Shown here piece after piece: positions 22,750 through 35,353 of a stretch of 64,000 nt of DNA. The notes below the pieces were generated by a model that was not told the origin of the DNA, made no database searches, and saw nothing but the letters and a program-made list of their open reading frames with translations. The number at the start of each line of letters is the position of its first letter. Position 1 is the stretch's first letter. The stretch is taken from contig JAYWIR010000060.1 of the NCBI GenBank assembly GCA_036172245.1, forward strand, positions 372,001-436,000, read 5' to 3'. The DNA comes from Raillietiella orientalis. Taxonomy: Eukaryota. A program made the position numbers and the translations under genes.

Positions 22750-25700
22750 AAATTCCTCGTGCCGCCCCACCAAAGTCACACTCCGCATGAAAGCGCAATT
22801 TGAAAGATGGCCTTGAGATGTTCGAAGCGAACCGAAGGGTCCCCTCCTAGTGGAGACTGCAGCGTTGCCGGGCGATCGAGTGGGGGGAAACGCCTTCTTC
22901 GGAAAAGATCCTGGAAGGCTGTGACCATGCAGATCAACTGCCGATGCGGGGAAACCGAAGGCGTCGGATGGCTAAGTGACGCACGGGGATGGGAGCCACG
23001 GTGTGCTTAGGGGAAGATGAGATCCTCGGACGATCCCTTCACCTCAAACTTCCCTCACTCGCTGTGGTTCCAAGGCAGCCTCAGTTCAAGGTCGCATCCT
23101 GTTTCTGATCCTCCCTCCTCCCCCCCCCCCCCCACGTTCGGAGGATTTTCTCGAAATTCTATTCGACCACCGGCCGTGGTTCAATTGAAGGGGGGATCCC
23201 CGACCAGGACGGAAAACCGACCGCGTTCCCGCAGGGAAGACCGTGTGCAAGGGGCCACATGAGGACGAACGGGCGCGGAGTTGGAAGACACCGATGCGAG
23301 AGGGAAAGAAGCCGTTCTTGGAAACTCCCCCGTTGCCCATCGGAGTGCCCGGGTCCTTGGGGAGCTCGAAGGCCGGGAAAACGAGTTTCCCTTGCAAGTG
23401 GCCCCCACAGCCGGCATCGAGTCCCACCATCTGTGCCAGAGACTCGCATACAACTTCTGCAGCATCCACGTGCTATGCTGCCCTCCCCCCCCGCCTTTCG
23501 ACAAGGTCAGGAGCTCCGCTAATCCAGCTGGCCTTCACTGCGGCATCCGAACCAGTTCTTCTTCTCCCTGTGGCACTTGGTCTGTGGCGCTCCCCTTCCA
23601 GCATTCCCTCTTGTCACGGGGAAAGGCGGCGCAGCGAGCGCCTATGGACAAACACCGAGGACGGAGCACCACGGATAGCGCAGTCTCTTCGTTCTCCCGC
23701 TGCGGTTGACCAACAGCAAAGCGATGGGCGTTCCTCGGGGAAAACGAGTCCGCAGAGCGAACCTGCGGTCAAGGAGAAGAGGACGGACCTCACGGGAACG
23801 CTGAATTCTCTCGCGCTCCCGCTGCCTCCGCAGCCTCGACGGGGCAGCCCTTTCCCTTCGCGCCTCCCCCTCCGCGCATGCGCGGCGTCGCAGCATTTCC
23901 GTTCTAGATTTTCTCTGTGCTGCGTTCGTCACGACGGGCGCGGAGCGATTTCCGTGCCCCCCTGCCTCCGAGATTCGCAAAACTCGCCGGTTCGGAAGCC
24001 ACGCACACCTGGAAATTCCTCCGAGATTCGCTTCCGGCGAGAGCTGGGACCCCCGGCGAGGAACGACGGAGGAGGAAAGCCACGGCCGACCGAAACTCCC
24101 TCGGCCCCGCTTCCGAGAGCTGCGCCCTGTGGCCGAGTAGAGAAAAATCAGCGAGGTTCACCCTCTGCCCTAGAACGGACGCTTCCGTGAGAACCAAGGA
24201 CATCCCTGGATACCGCAAAAGGCGCGTTAGAAACTGCGTTCTCGCGACTGCCTCAGGAGCTGTGCGCTGCACAAAGAGAGAAAGGAAAAAAAAAAAAAAC
24301 TGCGCCCAATCATCTCTGCCGAAAGAGCCCAACGAACAGCACCTCGAGCCAAGAAGACGGAAAGGGTCCCGGCGATGAGGCTCCACCCCTCGAAGGCGCC
24401 TGCGTCCTCCACCTCTTTCTCCTCCCCCGCTTCTTCCCTCTCCCGCACTACCGGAATCTCCTGGACCACCGTGAGGTCAGGCTGCACCTGCACCTGACGT
24501 TCGCTCGCCCGCAAGAGGGTTCGGGAGGCTTTCCGGGAGAAAGTTCCGACTTCGAACGCACGGAGCGGACCCCCCCTCGGGGGGAGACTTTTCGGTCGCG
24601 TCCGTCCGGGGAGGGAGCTGGCTGCTGGAAGGCCGCATGCACGGGGACTGGCATCGGGTTCGGCTCGTGGGAGCTGGATGGGTTTTCTTGGGCAGCATCT
24701 CTGCCTGGTAACCCGGAAACGGGGAGAGTGGCGAGAGGAAAATGGAGAAGAACCAAACCGAAAAAACACAACACGGAGATGCACGGCACGGGGGACGTTT
24801 GCGGAACCGTGGAAGCCAGGAGTGCAAGCAGCAACATCCAGCAACGCCCGGGATCGAAGAATGCGGCCCGGCCCTCCAGAGCAACAGCTGCTGCTCAGCA
24901 AGCTGCGAGCTTCCGCAAGAAGATGCCTCCTTCTCGCACAGAAACCGAACGAGAGCTGACGTGACCCCCACCAAAGCCTGGCGGAACCGCAGTTTCCTGG
25001 AGCCACGTTATTTGGAGACGTGGTCTCTTTCTCCGAAATTTTCGCGTCGCGCCGCGGAAGCTCCCTGTTCCTGCGCACCCCCCGCTCACCCTTTCGTTCC
25101 CTTTTGACGACCACTATTGTAAAATGCATTTCACACGCGTCCTTACCGACGACCGCCGAATCGCGGAGCGCTAACTTCACGTCCTGAGGTTGTAACCACG
25201 ACCCGCACCACCCTGTTCCGCGTGCTTATGGCATCCACGCACGTCGTGGATTCCTTCCCGAAAATTCTACAATTCCACTCGTGGAAATGCCGGGAGTTTA
25301 TGCGACCGACGTTCGTCGACCCCCACTGCTCCGCAAAGTTACGTCGAATTTATGTGCAGTGCTGCTACACAGGAATGTGTCAAGACGCCTTCGAGCGGTG
25401 TTGCCAGTCCCTTCGGACCCCATTCGTCTGTTGGACCCCCCCCGTTCTCACCCCTGCACACCAGCGGGGGTTCGTAGCGCGCTTGCAGAAGTCCATCCTC
25501 GCACGCCATCTACGCGCGCCCGACGCTTGCAGCTGGCGCCGCTGGCACGGTGATGCTGCCCGAAGCGGCGAAGACGCATCGCACCCCTCCGTCGGGCGAA
25601 CGTCTGGAGGGGGTGGCGGGTGGCCGGGCACTCGCATTTTGGACCACGGACTGGGTCGTAACCGACGGGACGGGTTGTTCCGCACGGTCTGGCGGGATCG

Positions 25701-26610
25701 GCCACTAGGGTCCTGTGTTTTTTTTTTTCTTTCCGATTCTGCTCTGCTCCGGAGATTCTTTCCGCCCGTGCCCGCAAACGGGAAGAAGATCGAACAGGGA
25801 CGACCAGTGCTTTCTGCAAGCGACAAGAGAAGGCTGCTGCAGACGACAGCACGCGCGATAAAGGAAACGGCGGGCGAAGCGCCTGCGAGAAAAAAGGTGT
25901 GTGTGTGAGGGGGGGGGCCGCAGAAGTGCGCTTCCGACCGCAAGCAACGAGTGGGTTCCGTCGTTGCGAATTCCGATCCACGCGCATCGCACATGTCGCC
26001 TGGCTGCGGACGGAACTCGGCCACGCAACTGACTAACGGAACCTCATCCTGAACGAGCAGACTCCCTTGGACGCTCCCTTACGATCCCGACCCCCCCCCC
26101 CCCCTTTCGGAAACGAGATCTGCCCGCGATCAGGTGGCCGCTTCCAGCAGCGCTTCTGGCGAGGAAGCGCGCCACACCGTACACCGAAGCAGCACCGGGT
26201 CGCCGCGGGAGGAGAGCACAAGTGCACGCAGGTGCCACCCAGGAACACGCGAGTGGCCCTCCACAAAGCACGTGAACAAGCTCAAGCGGTCATGCGCGCG
26301 GTTCATGCACACCATGATAAAAACAAGCACAGACGTGCGCGCTATCGGCTGCAGCCGACCTTCAGATCAGCGACAGGGTGTCCTTTTGCTGAAGCAGGGA
26401 GGCCCTTCCAGCCCGAGATGAAGCGCGAAGGATCCAAACGCTGCGCTTCCACCTCAAACTGGAACGCGCAGGCACACCCGATGTGCCCTGCCGAAAACGC
26501 CTCTTTTTTTGGTTCTTGAGGAGTGCTGAAGAACCGTTCGCCTTCTTGAGGGGGGGGGGAGGGATGGGGTCGCAAAGCTCCTCGACTCCGTTCACAGCAG
26601 AGGGACCACC

Positions 26611-26888
26611 CTATGAATCCAGGAAGGGTCCCGGAGGAAGGAAGGAATCCGTTCCTCTCACGCTTGGGGGGAGAAATGGGAGGAACACGGAAAGGACCCT
26701 CCTCCTTATTCCCTACGGAGAGATCCCCCAGAAAGGTCGCTCCTCGTTTCTTCTCCGAAGAGAACCCAGAAGAGATCCTCTCCCGGCATTTCTTTTCCGG
26801 AGGGACTCCCCGACTCTCCCGACAAGGGAGCCGCTCCCGGTTCCCTCCTCTGAAGAGAAGAGTCAGCAGTGCGCTTCTTGCACTCTGG
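26611..26888 (+). repeat. Dispersed repeat family, copy B
   Basis: CTATGAATCCAGGAAGGG...GGAATCCGTTCCTCTCACGCTTGGG head, then units TTTCTTCTCCGAAGAGAACCC (26747), TTTCTTTTCCGGAGGGACTCC (26789) and CTCCTCTGAAGAGAAG. Confidence 0.8.
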
Positions 26889-28227
26889 AAAGACAACCCC
26901 AACGCGGGCCAAAAACATCTTGGTCGATCGTTCGTTGCTGGACCCGTGCGCGGTCACTTCGCACCCACCGCTACGGTCTCGGAAGCGCTCAAGACTGCGG
27001 AGGCAGCAATGCTGTTCTCTGGCGCGCAACACCGGCGTTCGATTCCCACTTGACCGACGTCTGCCTCCGAATCGAATGACCACCACGCATCTCTGACGTC
27101 CGCTCGGTTGTCACGGAGCAGCTCCTGGCTCTTTGAAACTCTTGCATGGACTGGAAAATCTTGGAAGGACAAAACGCGTAAATTTCCGGGGAGGTCGAAT
27201 CGAAACGACTCTGGATCCTTCCGCCTTCGAAAAGCCGCTCTGTACCGTACAGAAGCCACGGCTTACATGAACACCACCTTGGCGCACGTCGTACGTGTTG
27301 GAAAGCTGCACGAAAATCGCACACAGCAAACGATTCAAACACAAAATACCGATTACAGGATGCACTCCCTCACTGTGTAGTACGCACCTACATCATACCG
27401 CAGGCCCCCTCCCTCCCTACGACGAGCGTACGTGAGCTGTACGCTCACAGTTCGCAGTTCCCTCCCTATCCGCTCGGCGCGGTCGGCTCGCTAGACGGAA
27501 CGACCAGCATCCGGCAGTCCGTCCGTGCTCGGAGCAGTCGTGGGAGCCTCTGCGGCTTCCCATCTTCAAGAGTGGCGACGGCCGACGCAGCTTCCCCGAA
27601 AGACGAACGTTGCACGAGAGGTTTCTCATGGACTCGGGACCGGGATGACGGGAAGACGCGAGCGGGCACGACGCACGAGTTCCAGGGAACGTTTCAAGTG
27701 GTTTCAAAACTTTTTGCGGATGAAAATACCTTTGTGATGACCACCTTCCCTTCGTTTCTGCAAACAAATTCCTCAGGGGTCGCGACGCAGTAATCCCGAT
27801 AGATCTCTGCCATGTTCCCGGAGTGATTGATGATACCTTGAGACATCGTAGGTCTGAAAGAACGGAAAGGTTAGGATGCAACGGTGCGGCCGGTCGGACA
27901 GAGGCGTTCTTCTTGCCTATGTCGTCCGACAAACTTCCGCTTGCTTTTGCCACACGGCCAGCACGGCTCTGCTTTCGGGAGCAGCATCCCAATGACTTCC
28001 GGTGCTATGAGAACTACGGCTCTGCACTCGAGCAAGGGCAGTCTGGGGACCGGGAGCACTTGGGCACGCGAGGGCAAAGACGGTGGCAGCGATAGCGGTT
28101 CTTGAGCGTAACGCCCTTTGTGTGAGGAAACGCAACTCTGCGACAAATGTCGCCACGAACGGCGGAGCGCCGAGATAGCAAACTGCTCACCATCGCCGGA
28201 ATCCACAAAGAATCCCACTGCACAGGA

Positions 28228-28229
<2 letters not shown>

Positions 28230-28258
<29 letters not shown>
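28230..28258. repeat. (AC)n microsatellite
   Basis: Direct reading of the sequence. Confidence 0.9.
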
Positions 28259-28262
<4 letters not shown>

Positions 28263-30718
28263 AATTCCCGAGCACTGCAAAGTTTACACACACGTGGGAC
28301 ATACTCGGCTCATTTTTTTTCTTCGAAAGTGCGCAACAGCAACAACGTTAGGGTGGTGTTGCCCACTTGTTCTTACGGGGGGGTTCATCAGACGGTGCAC
28401 GAGGACGAGTCGTAGCCGCTACTTGAAAGGTGTTCGGTTGCTCCTACACCCTCTTTGGTTAGTGTAGTCATGATCCTACCACGTGCACACAGATCGTAAA
28501 AAATGTTTTTCCTTCTTTTTTTTTTTTATGTGTGCGTGGGTGTGTGCGTGCCTGTGTGTGTGGGGTGGGGTGGGGACGAGAGTTGGGCCGGGGTGCAAGG
28601 ATGGGGCCGACGATCGATCTGAAAATGCCGCCGCACCGGGGAGAAAGGTCTCCGGAAGGAGCGTGGCTCGCGGATGCTCAGCAGGTGCTCGAGACCTCGT
28701 TCCGGGAAAGGTCACACAAAGTGAGACCTGCGTGCAACGATGTTATGAACGCCACTGCACACGTCAGACGGGTGCAGCAGATACACGTACGCGAGCGGGT
28801 GCAGCACGCGTGACCCCTGCAGGAAAATGGCGACTGAGAGGATGTTTTCGAACGGAAACATCCATCAACCACTTGCTACTGTACCTTCCTTGCCTTTTTC
28901 TTTTTACCTTCGTTGGGAGTTTCTCTTCTGATCATTTCACGGAATTCTCCCCCCCCCCCCCGCCTCCGCCTCCCCTTCCGTTTCACAACTCGTAGTAAAA
29001 GTAAAATGACCGCTCCTCAAAGTCAGAAGATTATGCAAACAGCAAGCGTTGCAAAAACACGGACATTCTGCTGAATGACTGCCACGCCGCTGCCAAGAGA
29101 GCACAGCTTCCGTTTCCACCGTTGCTGTCCGCTCGTGTGCTGCACGGATGGAAGCCGCGGTCGCACATTTGCTAAGTAACCGTCGAAAAGTGAGCATCTG
29201 CTGCTGGTTGCCGCTGAATCCGGAAAAGCCGGCAGTGTCCGCAGATGGAAATCGCGTGGAGGACCCACGTGTGCCTTTCTGGCGTGTCCGCGTGCTCTCT
29301 CGCGGAAATGGAACAGCCATCGAGTTCCGTTTCAGGTGCATAACCTAGTGACCTTAAAAGATGCTGTGCTTTTACGGAGCCGTGGACTGTATCTCCGAAC
29401 GCATCTTTGGGGGAATTTTCTTTCTTTCTGCCCGGCTCATCACACTAAGCAAGCTTCTGGACTTCTAGAAGCTTCTTTTCCGGAACAACGAAAGCTTACG
29501 AAGATCATTCGCGAAAGCAAACTGTCTGATGAAAGGAAAGGGGAAAACCTCACCACCACCGTTGTACGGATCTGATGAAAGGAAGGGGGGAGGGAGAGAA
29601 CCTCAGCACGCAACCGTCTGTGCCTACAAAACGGGAAGAAAAAAGAAAAAAAAAAAATCCCCCCTCCCCTTCGGCTGCATTTCCGTTTGCCTTATTTTAT
29701 CTAATTCTGGTGATGATTTCTCGCGTTGCATTGCCGAGTGCTCTAAAGTGTGGACCACAACAAGCAATGGGATGTACAGGAAGACATCCATGCACTCGGA
29801 TCCCGGCTAGACCTTCCGATGGGCATCCCCCAGGAACAGTTTCTTTCCTGCGAGTCCCGACAGACAGGAGGAGGCACCGAAAGCACGGAACCGTGAACCG
29901 GGAAGGATTGAGGGGTCACATCCCATCCTCCTGGAGGGAGAACATACCACCACTATTCCTGGAATCGACGAGGCCGGACGAACGGTGTGCAGAAACGAAA
30001 GCGGCTCGAACTTTGTCATCGGCTGTCGCAAGCGTCCGTGGACAAATCATCTTCGCGGCAGAAAAAGCTTTCTAATTCTTTCCACTTGGGATGCAATCAC
30101 CTATTATTCGGGCAAGAGGGCGCCCAGGGCCTCACTGGGGAAGCCCTCGAAAGATTTTTGCACCCGCAATTCGCTGCAAGGATTCTTTCCGCTGCTGCTA
30201 CGCCTTTCCGAACAAACACACGCAGGGAAGGCGGGGGGTGTCCCACGAAAGCGCGAGGACCGAACGAGCGGAGTCCAGCGAGTGGTAGAATGTGGTCAGC
30301 TTCTGGTGGTTACGATGGGAAGAGAGGGCGTTGCGGCGGCAACCAGCAGCGCCCTGTTGCGCCGCCGAAAGCAGGGAAAGCGCGCCGCGGAACAAGGGCG
30401 GGTGACCCAAGTTCCAGCGGAGCGAACGCTCTTTTGCCCCATCCGGATATGGGACGAGGCTCACGGGAGCGACGCTCGAGATCCGAAGTCCGATAAACGG
30501 ACGCAGGCGAAGCTGCAATCGCGAGCGGAAAGATGACATGGGAGAAAGAACGAATGAGATCTCAAGGAGCAGCAGAGTACGCTGGTGTCTCTTAAATGGC
30601 TCGCGGCGAGAAAAACAACTGCACGGCACTGACATCCGATGGACGGCGGTCGCATTCGCGGGCGGAAGGACGCGGGTGAAGCACTGGAAAAGTGATGCCG
30701 CTTTGCATGTGATTCTGA

Positions 30719-30721
<3 letters not shown>

Positions 30722-30768
<47 letters not shown>

Positions 30769-30784
30769 CACGCACACACACACA
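30722..30784. repeat. (TC)n followed by (CA)n compound microsatellite
   Basis: Direct reading of the sequence. Confidence 0.9.
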
Positions 30785-33154
30785 ATGGAGGTATCCCTTT
30801 TGGGGTATTTCTGTTTCCCGCCTTCATTTCGCATTTCTCCTTAAACTGGGAATCAAGGGGTTCAGAGTGTGTCCGCTCAGACAGCACGTCGCGAATTCGG
30901 CGGGCTTCGACCTTCGGTATTTCCGAACGGCGCTCGGTTCCTGGTTCCTGAACGCACCGTATTCAGCCCTGTGGGCATCGAGCGCGCCTAGTCGGAAGTG
31001 TCGTTTGCTTCCCATAAATAAGACCGACGGCTACGATGCACACGCCTGAGAGTCTTCCGTTTTAGAGCCGCGTCCACGGACACGCAGGAACACTGCCGAA
31101 CCGCTCCGCGAAACGGGGGGGCTGCAATTGATTACTTCTGGAAGGATTAATGGACGCGTGCCCTTCACGGGACGACTCGTCGTGCTCCGAGTCCCGGAAA
31201 GGGAAACCAACCTAACAACTGGGCCGGGTCGGTAACGGGCGGTCTCCTGTGAAACACCGTCAAGGAGGAGCACCTCGTCCCGAAGACGTGCTTACATCCG
31301 GAACCCCGAAACGGCTCTGCAACACGTAAACTCAGCAGGATGTGCTCACGCTGGGGCACACTGGAAGCAAACACGTCAGAGCCCCCGGGTGCGTATAGAA
31401 ACCCGAGCAAGGAGAAACATCCTCTTCGGAACCATCCCACCGTTCGCAGCATCCCACGCGCCTCTTTCGCGAAAACTCGATCGGGCAATTCGATTGATGG
31501 AAACAAAAGAAACAAATTGGATGCTGTTTGTGCAGTTTTTCGGCAGTTTCCCACCGGAAGTGTACGCTTGCGAGGAGCACGACGTGCACGGAGATGGAAA
31601 CGGAGAACGAAAACGAAAAAAGTCTCCCACCTCGAAACAGGGATTTCGTTCGTGGATCACAACGTGAGAGAAGTTACACAGCACGCGACAGCAAATTTAT
31701 TCCTAACGTAAGGAATGGACCCCCCCCCCCCCTATGGACACCTCTTTTCGCCGCTCGCGGTACACCAGCGAACAGTCAGCTCCTTTTCCGTACACAGAAA
31801 CCGTGTTCGAAAACGTACAAACGTGCATACTGACCGTAATCGACGCATTTTCCGTCAAACCCCATCAAACGATGGAAACATTCGAAAGTTTTATCTTTCG
31901 ATCCGGCGATGCCAAAGAACACAAGGAGCAGACCTCACATGGGCGACTGCACCTCCTATCAGCAGCAGCAGCAGCAGCACTGGGCATAAACTCACATCTT
32001 ACATCATACGATATCAGGCCAAGGAGGAGGAACCTTTCAGCGAGATCACCGCACGGAGAACACTGTACACTGGCACGCCAGGTGGGGAGCTTCTCAGGGA
32101 CCCACGTACAGTGGGTAGGTTGCATGAATGAAAGCAGGAATTACACACGTGTAAAAGCAGCTAAATGTGTCGCTTTCTCTACGCCTATTTAAACCTGAAG
32201 TTGTTACGAATTCTCGATGCCCTTCGTCCTTGACCTTCATTGCATTCTACTTTGCCTTGCACTTTGCTTGGGTTTGCAAAAGGACCAACGTCAGGGAGCT
32301 CGCTCGCCATTCTTGAATTCGAATGCGATGGCTCTTGCCTTCCCCCCCCCCCCGCCCCTCCCCTTATTTATTTATTTATTTATTTATTCATTTTTTCCAA
32401 AGAGAGATGGAAGAATACAGCAAGAGGGTTCGATCGAAAAGTCGGAAACTCCCCCGAGAGACTGTCTCCAGCGGATTCCGGGACCGAATCGCAAAGCCGA
32501 AATGGGGGTGGGGGGATCTGCGAGGATGCGCCACACACCCTCGCGTCCGAACGAATGAGAACTGGATTGGATTACCTGAGAGGCCTCTGGTACTCGAAAC
32601 CATCTTCCTTGTGGGATGCTGGACGCGATGGCAAATCCGACCGCTTGTCATCCCTAGCGTTCAGATCGGACCTGTGTTTTTGCTTCATGCTGAAAGCAGC
32701 CGAGGGAAATTTTCTGAAGGGGAAAAAATCAAGGCATGGTTCGGTCAGGTGGCAACGTGTGACACTTTTGGATGTGTGTCAATCCCGCACGGAACGCACT
32801 CCGGAAAAAAAATGTTGGGAATTACTCTCTGCAGCGAAGCACCTATAAAGGGAAACACACGATTGAAAAGGGCCACAGCATCATAGGTAAAGGATACATT
32901 CCAGAAATCCGTGACTCTGGCTGCAATACACGAGTTTGTGAGACGGACGGTATACCTATCAGGCACGCAGGTCCGCCAAGATGTGTGTGATCCAACAGTC
33001 AAATTAAATTCTTTTGGATCATCCGTTTGTACGCTTTCCAGAATCGTGTACAATGCATGAACAGATATCCCAGATTCAACGGAAGGTCTGAATTTGCAAA
33101 GTAAATTAATGAGCTTTTTGAAAATTAATGCGGTTGAAGAAAATTAATGGTAAG

Positions 33155-33160
33155 TTTATT
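33155..33160 (-). terminator. Candidate polyadenylation signal of RED/IK
   Basis: AATAAA on the minus strand ~207 nt downstream of the RED stop codon. Confidence 0.5.
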
Positions 33161-33366
33161 CAGTGAATTGGTTTGTCATCGTTTGCATTTTGTCTGCAAC
33201 TGAAATCGGTGGTGTGATCAGGACGGTGGGTGTCACCTTCCACCGATGATTGTTTAACAAAAAAAAGAAAAAAAAAAAAAAGGAAAAACAGATTTGAAAT
33301 GATTTTCAGTAGTTTTCAACTGCAACAGTACACACATACAGCTCTTTGGCAAACGTTTCCGAATTA

Positions 33367-35353
33367 TTAGTATTTGGGCATTTTATAATCGGGCTCCCTG
33401 AAATTATACAATCCATAACACAAATGGAAACAGGAAAAGGAAGTACGTTACCCTGCTGCCACCCCAACGGTCTTCCGTTTCTCCAAAATGTTTTTGATCT
33501 TCTGCCACTCTCGATCCAGCATGGTTTTTTCGTTCTTTTCTTTGGGTATACGACGTGTTCGACGTCCATCTGCCATCTGTATATCAGAAATGTGTTAGCT
33601 CTTTGGAACAACTTGTGCTGTCAACAAATCACCTTCACTCCATACTGGAAGGCTGCTTTGGGCAAAGCCTCTTTCTGATTCATGTAATCACTGTATTCTT
33701 CCTGCGTATCAAAGTCCCAACGACCAATAGGGCCTTTTTTATTTCCCATATCCATTTTGCTGTAATCCACTTCATCATCACTATCCTCAATGGCATCATG
33801 CATTTCCTCAAAACCAGGATAGCATTCTGCATATCCTTGTGGCTCACTGGCTAACTTAGAGAGCAGCTGCTGCTGTCTATTACTGCGTTCTTCCCTTTCA
33901 GCCTTCAGACTGGCCCACGTGCTTGCAGGAGGCATGCTAGCTGCCAACTCGGCCAAATCTCGCTCCATTTTACGTCGATCTTCTTCTTTGGGATCAACAG
34001 AAGGTTGCTCAAAGTACTGGTGGCGCTCTGTATCCTTAGTCGAGGCTTCTCTATGAGCAACCAAGTCAGGAACGTAATCCCCAATCTCTCCATAAATGCT
34101 GTCCTCCGCAGGAAGATGCTGTCGCTCTTCTTCGTCTCCTCGATCACGATCCTTCCTGCGAGCTTTTTTATTGTGTCGTGCTCCTTGGCGCAAATACGAC
34201 AGAATCTGAGTTAGTTTATTGATGACAATGTCATTGGTGGTCAAGGTTGCCAAGTACTATGAGAAAAGTGATAATACAAATGGTACCTTCAGATGATAAA
34301 CACTCACCTCTACGTTGGGAATGTCTGCTTTGCTGCGAATTAATGTGGTGGGAATGTCTGATTCAGCATACTCCTCTTCCAAATCTACAACATATGCCAT
34401 ACGTCCAGGGAGGAAAAGATCATTCTTCTCCGGTACTTCGTTCCGTGTGAGCAGTCTAATACATGATAAACCTCAGGAAACAGGAATTCGTTCAAACCTA
34501 TAGATGTTTCTTCCCAAACGAGTTTTGAACTGCAACTCTTCCTCTTGCTCTTCCTCTGTTTTTTTGCTTTCCTTAGCTATACGCTCAAGCTGCTCTTCCT
34601 CCTCTCTTTCCTTGCACTGGATCTCACTGCGCACTTTCTGCAGGAGGGCATAATCCAATCCCTTGACCAAATGAGTATGTTCCATGTCCCCACCCAAGAA
34701 TTTCGATTCTTGGATCATCTGCCTCCTTCTTTCAGCTGCATCTAATCCTCTGAAACCCTATCTGTCAGGGGAAATAAAAAAAAAACACTTTCATGCATAC
34801 GATTTGGCATCTGGAGCCACAGCTCGATAACCTCCTGCTGTGATCATAGGATCATCAGTTTGGTAATCAGGATTCATCCCTTCTCGCCGTTCCTGAGCAC
34901 GATCCCTGTACTTTTTGGATAGTTCAGCCAACTGGTCCTCTTCTTCTTTCTTCAACTTGGCATAGAAACTGCTCCCATGTGCAGTTACAAACCAACATAA
35001 ATCCTCACAGTTTCTTTTTCTTCCGTTTTTCAGCTTTTGATTCTGCCAAGATTTCCTTCTTTTTGGGATCTATCCTTTGAGAACCTGAAAGATTGACTGG
35101 CACCGACGGAGCAGGTGCTCTGGGAGTCATCAGTAGCTTTCGAAAGTCATCATTGGTCAACCGATGATGTGGACTATAAATAAGCACAGTATCAGAGCTA
35201 AAAAGTCATTAATGATACATACCCATCAGCATGTAACTGATCAGCACCAAAAGGCGCAATAGGATTTGAAAAGGGTTCCTCATAATCTTCTAAAAATAGT
35301 GGTTATAGCTTGCGTAAGATATACTCTCACACTTAATACTTACTTTCTGGCAT
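33367..35353 (-). CDS. IK: Protein RED / IK (spliceosomal B-complex factor, SMU-2 homolog), 9 coding exons
   Basis: Starts MPEKDYEEPFSNPIAP and contains LTNDDFRKLLMTPR, IQESKFLGGDMEHTHLVKGLDYALLQKVR, LFLPGRMAYVVDL, DIPTTLIRSKAD, TTNDIVINKLTQILSYLRQG, YAECYPG and GNKKGPIGRWDFDTQEEYSDYMNQKEALPKAAFQYGVKMADGR; ends YKMPKY*. All 8 introns are short GT-AG with consistent phases. Confidence 0.97.

Noticed and set aside
26700..26880. Regularly spaced ~42-nt units as a CRISPR-like array
   Set aside because: Units are degenerate, the intervening parts are mutually similar, no cas genes are present and the context is eukaryotic.
1..32000. Many long overlapping ORFs rich in R/G/P/A/S, including those antisense to ACC
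   Set aside because: Expected from stop-codon scarcity in GC-rich DNA and from shadow frames of a high-GC3 gene; no domain signatures.
33088..33190. Possible non-canonical AT-AG intron giving an ATG-led start MQTMTNQFTE for the exon at 33087
   Set aside because: The donor ATAAACTT does not match the U12 consensus ATATCCTT, and the AATAAA is better read as a poly(A) signal.
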